Source: Hyphomicrobiales bacterium (lineage in GTDB: Bacteria > Pseudomonadota > Alphaproteobacteria > SPJN01). From it: DNA of 64,000 bases. A program made the translations under genes and the position numbers. Each line of letters begins with the position of its first letter. Position 1 is the stretch's first letter. The stretch spans positions 120,019-184,018 of the forward strand of contig SPJN01000003.1 of the NCBI GenBank assembly GCA_006844605.1, written 5' to 3'. Below the pieces are notes generated by a model. It ran no database searches. It was not told where the DNA came from and saw only the letters and a program-made list of their open reading frames with translations. Shown here one piece after another: positions 42,016 to 52,525 of the stretch.

Positions 42016-42504
42016 CTAGCCCCTTAGGTGCAAAACGCAAATCAGCGTGAACAGCCGCCGCGCGGTGCCGTGATCGACCTCAATCTTGCCGGCAAGCCGT
42101 TCCTGCAACAGGGTCGATCCTTCATTGTGCAGGCCGCGCCGGCCCATATCAATCGCCTCGATCTGTGCGGGGCTGGCGGTCTTGATCGCCTGATAATAGG
42201 ATTCGCAAATATCCCAGTAATCACGAACGATCCGGCGAAACGGTGACAGCGCCAGCAAAACATGCCCCGCCTGCGTGCCATCGGCCCCCTTGATGTCAAA
42301 GACAAGACGGCGTTCCACAATCGACAATGTCAGGTCATAGGGGCCGGGCGCCCCCTGCAATTTTTCTGAAACGGGGGAAAAGCTGTTTTCTTCCAACAGA
42401 TCAAAGATCGCGACCTTACGCTCATGATCAATGTCGGGGTTCAACGGCACCCCGGTGCTTTCATCAAGCGTAATATTCGAGATTGATTGTGGGCCTTCAG
42501 GCAT
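42016..42504 (-). CDS. UPF0262 family protein
   Basis: [36 protein letters not shown]. Confidence 0.92.
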   Translation of the reverse strand: MPEGPQSISNITLDESTGVPLNPDIDHERKVAIFDLLEENSFSPVSEKLQGAPGPYDLTLSIVERRLVFDIKGADGTQAGHVLLALSPFRRIVRDYWDICESYYQAIKTASPAQIEAIDMGRRGLHNEGSTLLQERLAGKIEVDHGTARRLFTLICVLHLRG

Positions 42505-42565
42505 AGTCAGCTTTGTCAGTGCAGGTCAGAGTGGCGAAGCAAATCAGTCCCCACCTTGCCACCTC

Positions 42566-43873
42566 TTAGTCGCGCTGCCAAGGCATGTTGAGCCTGATTG
42601 CAACAGAAAGCGCATGGGCGTCCAAACCTTCTTCCTGTGCAAGGCGCACGGCGGCGCTGCCGACCTGCTGCAACCCCTGCGGCCCACAGTTCAGGATGGA
42701 GCTACGCTTGAGGAAATCAAGCACGTTCAATCCCGATGCGAAACGCGCGGTTCGTGATGTCGGCAGTACGTGATTAGGGCCTGCAAGGTAATCCCCCACA
42801 GCCTCTGGCGTGTGACGCCCCATAAAGATGGAGCCTGCATGTTTGAACTTCGGCAACAGGGCCTCAGGCTCATCTACGGCCAACTCAATATGTTCAGGTG
42901 CCAACGGGTCGATAAGCGCACATGCCTCGTCCAGATCCTGCGCAATAATCACAGCGCCGAATTGATCCCAGCTTTTGCGGGCGATGTCCGCGCGCGGCAA
43001 GACGGCCAAATGCGCCGCAACAGCCTGAACAACCTGATCGGCAAATGCGGCATCGGTTGTGATCAGGATTGATTGCGCAATCTCGTCATGCTCTGCCTGA
43101 CTAAGCAGATCGGCGGCAATCCAGCTAGGGTCGGATTTGTCGTCACTGACCACCAGAATTTCCGATGGTCCGGCAATCATATCAATACCGACCTGTCCGA
43201 ACACCTGACGCTTGGCTTCTGCCACAAAGGCGTTACCCGGACCGGTGATCTGGTCAACCCGCGCAATTGTTTCGGTGCCATAGGCCAGCGCCGCAATCGC
43301 CTGCGCCCCGCCAACACGGTAAATTTCGTCAATGCCCGCAACATGCGCTGCGGCCAGAATAACAGGATTGATCACCCCATCAGGCGTCGGCACAACCATC
43401 GCGATACGCGGCACACCAGCAACCTTGGCCGGGACAGCATTCATCAACAATGAACTGGGATAGGCTGCCAACCCGCCAGGCACGTAAAGCCCCACCGCAT
43501 CCACAGGCGTCCAACGGTGACCAAGGGTGATCCCGGCATCATCCGTAAACAGGCCATCATCAGGCATTTGCTTTTCGTGATAGGCACGAATGCGGGCCGC
43601 GGCCAATTCCAATGCGTCACGCAATGTCGGCTCACACGCGTCACAGGCGGCCTTGATATCATCAACCGGCACCGCCATTCCGGTGCTGCGCACGTCAAAG
43701 CGATCAAACTTCTGCGTCAGCGCAAACAAGGCCTCGTCACCGCAAGCGCGCACATCGGCAATGATACCGCGCACGGCATCACCCACGTCGCTTTCCCCTT
43801 CGCGGCGCAGGGCGACCAGCACCTGATAGCGCGTGGTGAAGTCAGCATCTGTTGTGGTCAATATCTGTGGCAT
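42566..43873 (-). CDS. hisD: histidinol dehydrogenase
   Basis: YVPGG, GPGN, IDMIAGPSE, SQAEH, APEH, GPNHVLPT. Confidence 0.97.
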   Translation of the reverse strand: MPQILTTTDADFTTRYQVLVALRREGESDVGDAVRGIIADVRACGDEALFALTQKFDRFDVRSTGMAVPVDDIKAACDACEPTLRDALELAAARIRAYHEKQMPDDGLFTDDAGITLGHRWTPVDAVGLYVPGGLAAYPSSLLMNAVPAKVAGVPRIAMVVPTPDGVINPVILAAAHVAGIDEIYRVGGAQAIAALAYGTETIARVDQITGPGNAFVAEAKRQVFGQVGIDMIAGPSEILVVSDDKSDPSWIAADLLSQAEHDEIAQSILITTDAAFADQVVQAVAAHLAVLPRADIARKSWDQFGAVIIAQDLDEACALIDPLAPEHIELAVDEPEALLPKFKHAGSIFMGRHTPEAVGDYLAGPNHVLPTSRTARFASGLNVLDFLKRSSILNCGPQGLQQVGSAAVRLAQEEGLDAHALSVAIRLNMPWQRD

Positions 43874-43891
43874 CGGCCTAGCTTGGTTTCG

Positions 43892-44389
43892 TCAATCGTC
43901 AAGTTTGTGATCAGGGCGCACCGGGGTTTTCCACGGCTCCCCCTTATCGGTCAGGTAAATATCCAGCGCCTCAACATCAAGGCGCACTGCTGCATTGTCT
44001 GCACACTCAAGCTGTAGCGCAAACGGGCCGGACGGGTCGTCCCCCAATGGTGTCACAGTCAGGGCCAGCAGGTCCAGCACCTTGGCCTTTTCTTCAAGTC
44101 CAAAGCCGCGCACTTTAACATCGCTGACATTATCGATATGCAAAAGCGCCCGTGTCCGCGCAAACGGTTCAGGGTCGGCACGATTAAACACGCGGGAGAG
44201 GAAGCCGCGCTTCTTCTCAACCACGTCGTCCAGTTCCTCCCATGCAAAGCGGGCAAGGGCGGCAACAAAGCGTTTTTGGGAGGGCAGATAGGCCATCTCC
44301 CCCACAAACAGCGCCGCATCCTGCACCAGGGCGGAAATCACAGCCAGATCATCAATATCCTGTGCGTGAAGCCTGACCGCCCCCGTCAT
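43892..44389 (-). CDS. DUF2948 family protein
   Basis: DLAVISALVQDA, RFAWE, P.H tail; located between murA and hisD. Confidence 0.9.
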   Translation of the reverse strand: MTGAVRLHAQDIDDLAVISALVQDAALFVGEMAYLPSQKRFVAALARFAWEELDDVVEKKRGFLSRVFNRADPEPFARTRALLHIDNVSDVKVRGFGLEEKAKVLDLLALTVTPLGDDPSGPFALQLECADNAAVRLDVEALDIYLTDKGEPWKTPVRPDHKLDD

Positions 44390-45678
44390 CAGAACGTCCT
44401 TTCGTCACTGACGCGTTCGACCAAGGCCCCAACGGCGGTCAGCTTTTCTTCCAGCCGCTCATACCCACGGTCCAAATGATAGACCCGGTTTACTTCGGTC
44501 ACGCCTTCTGCGCCCAACCCGGCAATAATCAGCGAGGATGAGGCACGCAAATCTGTGGCCATCACCGGCGCACCAACCAAACGATCCACACCACGCACCA
44601 ATGACGATGCCCCATGCACCGTGATATCTGCGCCCATGCGCACCAATTCAGGCACATGCATGAAACGGTTTTCAAAAATCGTTTCGGTGATCATCGCGGC
44701 ACCTTGCGCACGCGCCATCAATGCCATCAATTGCGCCTGCATATCGGTGGGGAAGCCGGGATAGGGTTGCGTTTCCACATCCACACCTGTCACACGCCCG
44801 TCCATTGCCACGCGGAGGGTACGGTCCCCCTCCTCTACAATAACGCCGGCACTGCGCAATAATGCTGTCACCGCCTCAAGCGCGCCGGGGTCCACATGAC
44901 TTAAGGTGACATCGCCTTCGGTAATGGCCGCAGCCATCATATAGGTGCCTGCCTCAATCCGGTCGGGGATCACACGTTCATCAGCACCGTGTAGCTCGTC
45001 AACACCATCAACCGTCAACGTATCGGTGCCCTGACCGCTGATCTTGGCACCCATACTGTTCAGGCAATGAACAAGGTCTCCGATTTCAGGTTCGCGCGCG
45101 GCGTTTTCAATAATCGTTTGCCCTTTGGCAAGGGCAGCGGCCATCAACAGATTTTCGGTCGCGCCAACAGACACTTTCGGGAACGTCACCCGATTGCCAA
45201 TCAACCCATTAGGGGCCGAGACCATGACATAGCCGCCCTCAAGCTCAACCTCGGCGCCCAATCGTTCCATCGCATTCAGGTGCAAATCAACCGGACGCGT
45301 GCCGATGGCACAGCCGCCGGGCAAGCTGACCTTGGCCCGCCCAAATCGTGCCAGTAGCGGCCCCATCACCAGAATGGAGGCGCGCATGGTACGCACCAAA
45401 TCATAGGGTGCGGTTGTTTCGGTGATATTCGCTGCGGTCAGCGTCAAACGACGACCGCCATTCGCCTCGGTCACGTCACCGCCTGTTGCCTCAACCCCCA
45501 GGGTTTCAACAAGGCGGGTCATGGTTTTGATATCCGCCAGATCAGGCAGATTATTCAGGGTCAGCGGCTTGTCCGTCAGCAAACAGGCTGCAATCAACGG
45601 CAGCGCCGCGTTCTTTGCGCCGCTGATCGGGATAGTGCCTGACAGTCGTTGACCGCCGGTGATGCGAATACGATCCAT
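44389..45678 (-). CDS. murA: UDP-N-acetylglucosamine 1-carboxyvinyltransferase
   Basis: [35 protein letters not shown]. Confidence 0.98.
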   Translation of the reverse strand: MDRIRITGGQRLSGTIPISGAKNAALPLIAACLLTDKPLTLNNLPDLADIKTMTRLVETLGVEATGGDVTEANGGRRLTLTAANITETTAPYDLVRTMRASILVMGPLLARFGRAKVSLPGGCAIGTRPVDLHLNAMERLGAEVELEGGYVMVSAPNGLIGNRVTFPKVSVGATENLLMAAALAKGQTIIENAAREPEIGDLVHCLNSMGAKISGQGTDTLTVDGVDELHGADERVIPDRIEAGTYMMAAAITEGDVTLSHVDPGALEAVTALLRSAGVIVEEGDRTLRVAMDGRVTGVDVETQPYPGFPTDMQAQLMALMARAQGAAMITETIFENRFMHVPELVRMGADITVHGASSLVRGVDRLVGAPVMATDLRASSSLIIAGLGAEGVTEVNRVYHLDRGYERLEEKLTAVGALVERVSDERTF

Positions 45679-45687
45679 TGCCGTTCC

Positions 45688-46242
45688 TTAAAGACGCGGT
45701 GCCGTCACGCCCGTCTGCCCCTGATATTTGCCCGCCCGATCCCGGTATGACACATCGCATTCCCCTTCCCCTTTCAGGAACAGGAATTGGCAGGCCCCTT
45801 CATTGGCGTAAATCTTGGCAGGCAAAGGGGTTGTGTTGGAAAACTCAAGCGTAACGTGGCCTTCCCACTCAGGCTCCAGCGGGGTCACATTGACGATAAT
45901 CCCGCAACGGGCATAGGTGGATTTGCCAAGGCAGATCACCAGCGTATCGCGAGGAATGCGGAAATATTCCACCGTACGCGCCAGCACAAATGAATTGGGC
46001 GGGATCACGCAAACATCGGTTTTGCGATCAACAAAGCCGTCAGCCGAGAAGTTCTTGGGATCAACCACGGCAGAATCAACATTCGTGAAAATCTTAAACT
46101 CATCTGCCACACGGGCGTCATATCCATAGGAGCTAACCCCATAGGAAATCACGCCGTCACGCTTCTGCGCCTCGACAAAAGGTTCAATCATGCCCTGTTT
46201 TTGGGCCTGCTCTCTGATCCAGTGATCCGGTTGAATTCCCAT
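45688..46242 (-). CDS. dcd: dCTP deaminase
   Basis: [32 protein letters not shown]. Confidence 0.96.
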   Translation of the reverse strand: MGIQPDHWIREQAQKQGMIEPFVEAQKRDGVISYGVSSYGYDARVADEFKIFTNVDSAVVDPKNFSADGFVDRKTDVCVIPPNSFVLARTVEYFRIPRDTLVICLGKSTYARCGIIVNVTPLEPEWEGHVTLEFSNTTPLPAKIYANEGACQFLFLKGEGECDVSYRDRAGKYQGQTGVTAPRL

Positions 46243-46356
46243 CTGGTCCTCATGTGATTGTTTGGGCGTCTAATCTACGATGCTTATACCAGCCAAATCG
46301 CCTGTTTCGTAGCCGTGAGTCGTAGGATGCAATAATGGCGGGCTTGTGTCCGCTTG

Positions 46357-46548
46357 TCAGTCCTTATCATGCGTTTGTGAGCCTGATTCAGTCGATGTGG
46401 CCTGCGAATCAGCCTTGCGCCCCCTGCTCTGCGCTTTTCGGCGTCGCAAATTGACCCGCAGCGCCTCCTCAAGCCGTGCCTGACGGGCAGCCTGCTGGGG
46501 GGTCATATCGGCGGCAGAAGTGCCTTTATCCTGTCCTGATTTGCTCAT
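46357..46548 (-). CDS. small basic hypothetical protein
   Basis: ATG 46548; core RQARLEEALRVNLRRRKAQ resembles small proteins I recall near murA in alphaproteobacteria. Confidence 0.65.
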   Translation of the reverse strand: MSKSGQDKGTSAADMTPQQAARQARLEEALRVNLRRRKAQSRGRKADSQATSTESGSQTHDKD

Positions 46549-46626
46549 ACTGGTGACATGCCGCGAAATGACGGACAAAGCAAGGGTGTGTCTTGTCCCG
46601 CCTGCATTTTTCAAACTGTAAGGAAA

Positions 46627-46701
46627 TGGTGCCCCCGGGGTGAATTGAACACCCGACCTCACCCTTACCAAGGGTGCGCTCTACCACTGAGCTACGAGGG
46701 C
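46627..46701 (-). tRNA. tRNA-Thr (GGT)
   Basis: GCCCTCGTAGCTCAGTGGTAGAGC...TTGGTAA...TTCAATT...GGCACCA. Confidence 0.97.
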
Positions 46702-46799
46702 CAAAAGCGGGCGGACACTGCCATGCGATTCAGCCGCTTGCAAGGCACAAAAATCAAGAATTGCGCCAATGGGACATTTTGCGCCCCAATGGCCCAAAA

Positions 46800-47534
46800 T
46801 CAGGCTGTTTGGGCACCTGTTTCGTCGTCCACTTCTTCAACCTCAACCATCAATATCGTGTCTTCAAGATAGGCCGCGTAACGGATGGCCTGATCATGGG
46901 TCAATTTGGGGAACATATCGCTGATCAAACGATCAAGCGCCTTTACCACGGTTTGTTCGGTATTTTTGGCAAGTTTCGCCGTCAGCCCGGTAAATTGCAT
47001 CTGTTTAACCGGGTCACGCAAATAGATATCAACGCCTGCTTCCATCAACTGGATCATCACGCCGGTCAGCTGTGCCTTTTCGGTACGGCCATAATGACCA
47101 TCCTTGATGCGAGCAATCACAGTACGCAGCTCTTCGGCGGTGCGGTCCAGAATGGGAAAGGCGATGTAGGAAATTTCCTTGCCGTTTTCATCCTCGCTTA
47201 ACACCCGCGTGTTTTCGATATAGTCGGCACCGGCGATTGACTGTTCAATACTTAATCCACCGGCAACACGCTTCACAAAAAAAAGCGTTGCCTTTGTGAT
47301 CATTGCCGCGCCAACCTTGATCACCCGCAACAGCCCGCCTTTGATTTCCAGAATCTCCGCAGGCTGCAAAATGTAATAATCCAACGTGTCATTCAAAATG
47401 TTCGACAATAGCGCCTTTATCATATCGGGTGCTTTGCGTGGATTTTCGCCCCGCATCTGCGCAATAAACCGATTGGACAAATCATGCTGCGCATCGCTGG
47501 CCAGAAAGGCCATATGGGTTTGTTCAAATGACAT
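46800..47534 (-). CDS. hypothetical helical protein made of two ~117-aa repeats
   Basis: 244-aa ORF that self-aligns at offset 116-117. Confidence 0.8.
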   Translation of the reverse strand: MSFEQTHMAFLASDAQHDLSNRFIAQMRGENPRKAPDMIKALLSNILNDTLDYYILQPAEILEIKGGLLRVIKVGAAMITKATLFFVKRVAGGLSIEQSIAGADYIENTRVLSEDENGKEISYIAFPILDRTAEELRTVIARIKDGHYGRTEKAQLTGVMIQLMEAGVDIYLRDPVKQMQFTGLTAKLAKNTEQTVVKALDRLISDMFPKLTHDQAIRYAAYLEDTILMVEVEEVDDETGAQTA

Positions 47535-47560
47535 CGGCGTTTCCGATCCTGCTCGACCAA

Positions 47561-49471
47561 TTAGATATTCTTAGGTCCAACCACTTTCCAGACTTTCACC
47601 GGCTTGGCAATACCCTTTGCCTGAATTGGGTCCAGCGCCTCCAGCGTGAAATGATCTTTCACCGCATCATACATATAGGATTCAATGACGACGCTATTGT
47701 GGGGGGCGTTACTTTCCAGGCGGGACGCAAGGTTAACCGACCGCCCGATAATGGTATAGGCCGCGTGACGATCACCACCGAAATAACCAACATTGGCATG
47801 GCCCGCATTAATGCCAACTCGCAATTGAAGGGCGGCCCCTGCCTTTTGACGAATCGGCTCCGCAATTTCATTGAACGCCTCAAGCAATTCAAGCCCGGCG
47901 CGCACAGCCTTGATTTCCTTGTCCTCGACTTTTTCAGGCGCGCCCCAATAGGCGATGATGCCATCCCCCATCAACTTATCCACGGTGCCGTCATGACGGA
48001 ACAATATGTCGAGCGCGATGTCATAAAAATCAGCCAGAAACTCAGATACAGCCTGCGCATCATTATTGTCTGAGAACTTTGTAAACTCTGCAATATCGAC
48101 AAACATGATGGCCAGATAACGCTTGCGCGATTGCAGGTTCAACCGCCCGGTGCCGGACTTTTCAAGCTCAGTAATCAGGGACGGGGCAACAAACCGACGC
48201 AACACTGTCACCATCTTCCGTTCTGCCATATAGGATCGAACAAAATTGACCAAGGCAAACAAAAGCCCCGACACGACCGTTGCGGCCACTGCGCCGAAGG
48301 TTGGTAGAAAATAGCTTTGTGATCCGAACATATAGTCAGATAGCCCAATCAACCCGCCGGCCAACCCAATCAATGCAGGCCCCGCGATAAAGGGACGGAA
48401 CAACGCAAACAGCAACGCCACTATAAACGGCATCGCCAATAAAACAGTGAGCGAAACGAAGTGTGTAGCGGGGGTAATAAACCCGCCTGTCACAATTGTG
48501 TTCACGGCATTCACTGTCAGCAACACACCGGGGACGGACCCTTCAATCGGGGTTGCGATAAAATCACCCGAGCCAGCATAAGACGCACCGACCAAAACGA
48601 TGCAATCTTCGAATGCTTCTTCCAGATCCTCGGGAAACAGGCTGAGCGATTTGTTCAATGTGCTGTAACTCTGCACAAAGAAGGCATTACGCCAATCATC
48701 CACATAACGGATCAGCATATGCCCGCGATCATCAAGCGGCACCTTGATCGGCTTTTCCAAAGTCTTTGGCCCAATGACCAAATAGGGCGCGTCAAAGTCA
48801 AAGTCATCACGCGGCAAATCGTAATAGACCATGATCGTCGCCAGCGTGAGCGATGGGTAAATATGATCCCCTACCCTGACAATCAACGGCACATCACGAT
48901 GAATTGAATCCACCCCAACCGACACCGCCGCATGGGCAAGCTGCGAGACGTGATTGTCAAGGATGGGCACCGGCTGCAGGCCCACATCCATATCAAGGGC
49001 GGGCCAATGGCTTGTATCATCCGGGCCGATGCGGTGTTTTTGAAAACTTGCACGCGGGGTTTTAGCCTGCCCCAATACCGGACGCGCGCCAAAGGCGATC
49101 ACACTGGCAGGGCTTTCAAATGCCTTTGCCAAAATCTCGTCATCGGCTGTTTCACGACGAAACACGATATCCCATGTGACAGACTTGGCATTTACCTCAG
49201 TCAGGCCCTGTAACAATTGCGCATGGCGCGTTCGTTTTACCGGAAACTCGCCACCATGATCGTCGATTGTCCGATCATCCAGCGCCACAAGACGGATATT
49301 GGGCGCGACTTCAACATTCGCATAACGATCTGCCAATGTGTCGAAATGCAAGTTGCTGGCAAGGCGGACAAGGTCCGAACGCTGCTCTAAAAGCGCCAAC
49401 CCAACCGAAACAAACAATGCGGTTGCAAGGCTGATGAGAATCCGCAACTGCGCTGCTGATGCAACCTTCAT
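47561..49471 (-). CDS. CHASE2-domain class III adenylate cyclase
   Basis: CHASE2 (R..HA.L, DI.F, VLVG, TP...PGV), 3 TM, FVDI.EFT, DKLMGDG, YTIIG.SVNLASRLE. Confidence 0.92.
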   Translation of the reverse strand: MKVASAAQLRILISLATALFVSVGLALLEQRSDLVRLASNLHFDTLADRYANVEVAPNIRLVALDDRTIDDHGGEFPVKRTRHAQLLQGLTEVNAKSVTWDIVFRRETADDEILAKAFESPASVIAFGARPVLGQAKTPRASFQKHRIGPDDTSHWPALDMDVGLQPVPILDNHVSQLAHAAVSVGVDSIHRDVPLIVRVGDHIYPSLTLATIMVYYDLPRDDFDFDAPYLVIGPKTLEKPIKVPLDDRGHMLIRYVDDWRNAFFVQSYSTLNKSLSLFPEDLEEAFEDCIVLVGASYAGSGDFIATPIEGSVPGVLLTVNAVNTIVTGGFITPATHFVSLTVLLAMPFIVALLFALFRPFIAGPALIGLAGGLIGLSDYMFGSQSYFLPTFGAVAATVVSGLLFALVNFVRSYMAERKMVTVLRRFVAPSLITELEKSGTGRLNLQSRKRYLAIMFVDIAEFTKFSDNNDAQAVSEFLADFYDIALDILFRHDGTVDKLMGDGIIAYWGAPEKVEDKEIKAVRAGLELLEAFNEIAEPIRQKAGAALQLRVGINAGHANVGYFGGDRHAAYTIIGRSVNLASRLESNAPHNSVVIESYMYDAVKDHFTLEALDPIQAKGIAKPVKVWKVVGPKNI

Positions 49472-49502
49472 AAATTATCGCTGCCCCGGCACACGATACG
49501 AT

Positions 49503-50477
49503 CTAATTGATGATCGCAGCAAGGTCCGCAGGAATGTCAGCAACAATGCGCTCAGCGATTGTGACGGCCACATTGCGCAAGGACATGTTCAGCAACATTT
49601 CAGCATCCGCACTTGCTGGCGCCTCGACCGTTTCGTTCAACGGCTCGCGTTGCACAGTCAAGAAACGGCCACCGAATACACGGCGCAATTTGTAAACTGT
49701 TTCAAGGCTGCCTTTGGCAACGCCATCAATTGAACGGTCAATCTTAAAGGTTCGCAAATCACCATCGCAGTAATATGAGACACCGTCAGCAGCCAATTGA
49801 CGAAGCTGTTCGCGGCTGGCCTGTTCTGTCAGCCCTTCGCTATATTGCGCGCGGTTCTGCAATGCTTCAACAACCAATTCGGTCAGCACCTGCCCCCAAT
49901 CCTGATCCAACCCGGCAAGTTCAGGTACATCAGCAAGGAAATCTGTTTTCGCTTCATATTTACCGACAACCCATTGCGGGGCCGTTGCCTGATCACCGGT
50001 GGATTTATTGACCGGCTCCTCATACTCGTCCTGCATGGCTTGGTCATGTGCAGCGGCCCATTCAGCCTCTGCCTCAACTTGTGCATCGGTTTCCATCGAC
50101 CTGGCCTCTTCGGCCATGCGGGCCTGCAATTCAGCTTCCAGCCGGGCTTCGGCCTCAGCCTCTGCGGCGGCATCCATCATTGCAGTGCCTTCAGATGATG
50201 AGGCGACCTCCGCCCCTGCGTCAGCCTCGACCATCACCATGCCGTCAGGTTCTGCCAAATCATAATCGTTTTGGTCCGCTGTCACGGTTGCACTGTCAAC
50301 ATTTTGCGGGGGCGCGCGGCGTTCAGCAGCTTGCGGCGCAGGCGCTTCTGAAGCAGGCGCTTGCGCAGCAGGTGCGCGGGTCTGTTGTTGGGGTGCAGAA
50401 GCACACGCCGCCAACAGCAATCCCGTTGCTGCCATTAATATCCACTTGAGATGGGTAACAATAGTTGACCGTGCCAT
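49503..50477 (-). CDS. lipoprotein with long Ala/Glu-rich linker and C-terminal alpha/beta domain
   Basis: Lipobox LLAAC, about 140-aa low-complexity stalk, folded C-terminal domain. Confidence 0.75.
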   Translation of the reverse strand: MARSTIVTHLKWILMAATGLLLAACASAPQQQTRAPAAQAPASEAPAPQAAERRAPPQNVDSATVTADQNDYDLAEPDGMVMVEADAGAEVASSSEGTAMMDAAAEAEAEARLEAELQARMAEEARSMETDAQVEAEAEWAAAHDQAMQDEYEEPVNKSTGDQATAPQWVVGKYEAKTDFLADVPELAGLDQDWGQVLTELVVEALQNRAQYSEGLTEQASREQLRQLAADGVSYYCDGDLRTFKIDRSIDGVAKGSLETVYKLRRVFGGRFLTVQREPLNETVEAPASADAEMLLNMSLRNVAVTIAERIVADIPADLAAIIN

Positions 50478-50699
50478 AGCGTAATTCCCCTAAACTCTAT
50501 AGCTTCTGTTTTACGACAAATGGCGGTAAAAAACTACTGACATTCATCACAGATTTCACATTAGATCGGTAAAATTTACCACAACAACCCAAGGGTGCGT
50601 TAGCGCCAAACTACATATATCAATAAATTTCAATGGCTTGCACAAGGAACTGATTGCGCGGCAAGCCCCTATTCCCGGCCCGGAGGCCCGCCCCCTGTC

Positions 50700-51176
50700 A
50701 TGACAAAAACCCAACGAACAGAATTAAGTGCACAGCAAAAGGACTTTTTTGATTCTCTAAAATCAGGAAAATGGGATCTGCCCAACGGCATCAAGGCAAG
50801 CGATATCAGGCCCGATGAGTGGCTGAAAGACGTGTCTTACGGGCATGTTCTATATGAATGGCCCAATGATGGCACGCATGACATTATGCCAAACAGGCTG
50901 TTCGGTGGGTGGGTTGCCTGCCTGTCAGATCACATTGTTTCCATGACCATGGCAAGCGCGCTTGAAGACAATGAATGGTTCACCACCACCGAACTAACAA
51001 CCCGTCTTTTCAGGCCGGTTTCAAATGGCCTGATCACGATCGAAGGCAATTTGATCAGCAGGGGCCGGACTTCCGGCTTTGTCGAGGCTGATTGGCGCGA
51101 CGACAAGGGGCGGCTTTTGGTTCGTGTCAGCGCGGTAAAGGCAATTCGTGGCGCCGGTGAATTGACCGTCAAATAG
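50700..51176 (+). CDS. PaaI family (hotdog) thioesterase
   Basis: LFGGWVACLSD, T.EL...F.RPV, RGRT. Confidence 0.8.
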   Translation: MTKTQRTELSAQQKDFFDSLKSGKWDLPNGIKASDIRPDEWLKDVSYGHVLYEWPNDGTHDIMPNRLFGGWVACLSDHIVSMTMASALEDNEWFTTTELTTRLFRPVSNGLITIEGNLISRGRTSGFVEADWRDDKGRLLVRVSAVKAIRGAGELTVK

Positions 51177-51216
51177 GCTGTCAAATGTTGGTGCCTGTGC
51201 CACCAGCATCCAAGAC

Positions 51217-51942
51217 CTAAACCGGGAAGAACGGTCGCAACACACGATAAAGCGGATTGGTGAAGGCAAGCGGCCCTTCGGTTACCCCAATACAAATACA
51301 ATCACGCTCCACCCCGGCGATGGGTTGGTGCTTGATTTCCGGTCCGTGTTCAACGAAATCACCGGGACCATACCAGCTGACCTCATCCTCATAACTGCCC
51401 TTAATCAGGGCCGTCACCTCAAGCCCATTATGGGAATGGTGCGGCACCGCCTTGCCTGCCGCTATCCGCATCAAACGCGCAAAGGTGCCATTCGCCTCTT
51501 TAGACAGCGGAATAGTACCGATGCCCGGCGCGCGCGTCACAAATGGCAACGTGCTGTTCGGGCCGGGGTCAATATTCAGATCCAAAAAACACTGGGCAAG
51601 ATGTGCCGGTAAATCAGAATCAACTGTGACCAACGGCATGGTCGCAGGCTCCTGCTCTGGCAACTGATCAAGCAATGATGCTATATCGTGACGGCCTAAA
51701 TCCTGCTCTGCGGTGTCGGCCAACAACCCACCTGCCAATTCCTGCATTAAACGAAAATCGCCTTGGCATTGTTCGCAAGTGTCCAAGTGGACATCGACTG
51801 CCAAACCAAAGCCAAGCGCCAGATTACCAAGCGCGTGATCCATCAGCAGCGCTTCGCTGGGGTGGTGTTGCGGTGTGTAATCGTTCATCAAAGATATATC
51901 TGTTGAATGTTGCATCATATCAGTCTTGTAGTGCCAGTTCAC
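51217..51942 (-). CDS. chrR: ChrR anti-sigma-E factor (true start probably 51888-51918)
   Basis: HHPS.A.L, zinc anti-sigma motif HLDTCEQC, cupin PHHSH.G.E...H.P...C.C. Confidence 0.92.
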   Translation of the reverse strand: MNWHYKTDMMQHSTDISLMNDYTPQHHPSEALLMDHALGNLALGFGLAVDVHLDTCEQCQGDFRLMQELAGGLLADTAEQDLGRHDIASLLDQLPEQEPATMPLVTVDSDLPAHLAQCFLDLNIDPGPNSTLPFVTRAPGIGTIPLSKEANGTFARLMRIAAGKAVPHHSHNGLEVTALIKGSYEDEVSWYGPGDFVEHGPEIKHQPIAGVERDCICIGVTEGPLAFTNPLYRVLRPFFPV

Positions 51943-52525
51943 TTAGATTGCCTTTCATGCGTGAAAACGCCAGCCTGATACGCGATTTGACCGTGCCAAC
52001 AGGCAGGCTTAGCGCTTCGGCAATTTCACGATGGGAAAGCCCCTCAAAATAGGAAAGTCGGATAACCTCAAGCTGTTGTGGCGGCAGCTCCTTCAAACTG
52101 TCAGTCACAATATCCTTTATGCCCTTGCGCTGTACTTGTTCATCTGGCTGCTCAGGCTTGTCATGATGGGCATCAACCTCATGGGCAAAGTTGTCAGCGG
52201 TCCGCTGGCGCACATTGCGTTGCCTGATCAGGTCGATCCGCCGGTTCCTTGCAATGGCAAATATCCACGCCTGGCTGGATGCCCGCCCCGGATCAAACTG
52301 TTTTGCCTTTTGCCAAACCTTAATCATTGTATCCTGCGCAATTTCTTCGGCTTCTTCGGGTGGTGCACCCTGCCCGATCAGCCATGCTTTCACACGGGGG
52401 GCGAACTGCTCAAACAAACGGGCAAACGCGGTCTTGTCCTGTCGCTCAGCGATTGACAAAAGATCGCCAGCCCATTCATCAGCGGTCATACGGTTGCTTT
52501 CAGTCCTGTTCGTTACCTTGTTCAC
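51920..52525 (-). CDS. rpoE: ECF sigma factor RpoE (ECF11 type)
   Basis: D..AF..LF..FAPRVK, WIFAIARNRRID, GTVKSRIRLA; adjacent to chrR. Confidence 0.9.
   Translation of the reverse strand: MNKVTNRTESNRMTADEWAGDLLSIAERQDKTAFARLFEQFAPRVKAWLIGQGAPPEEAEEIAQDTMIKVWQKAKQFDPGRASSQAWIFAIARNRRIDLIRQRNVRQRTADNFAHEVDAHHDKPEQPDEQVQRKGIKDIVTDSLKELPPQQLEVIRLSYFEGLSHREIAEALSLPVGTVKSRIRLAFSRMKGNLSELALQD

Noticed and set aside
38742-46242. murA-hisD-infA-maf-rng-yacG cluster as a novel system
   Set aside because: Well-known conserved alphaproteobacterial gene order
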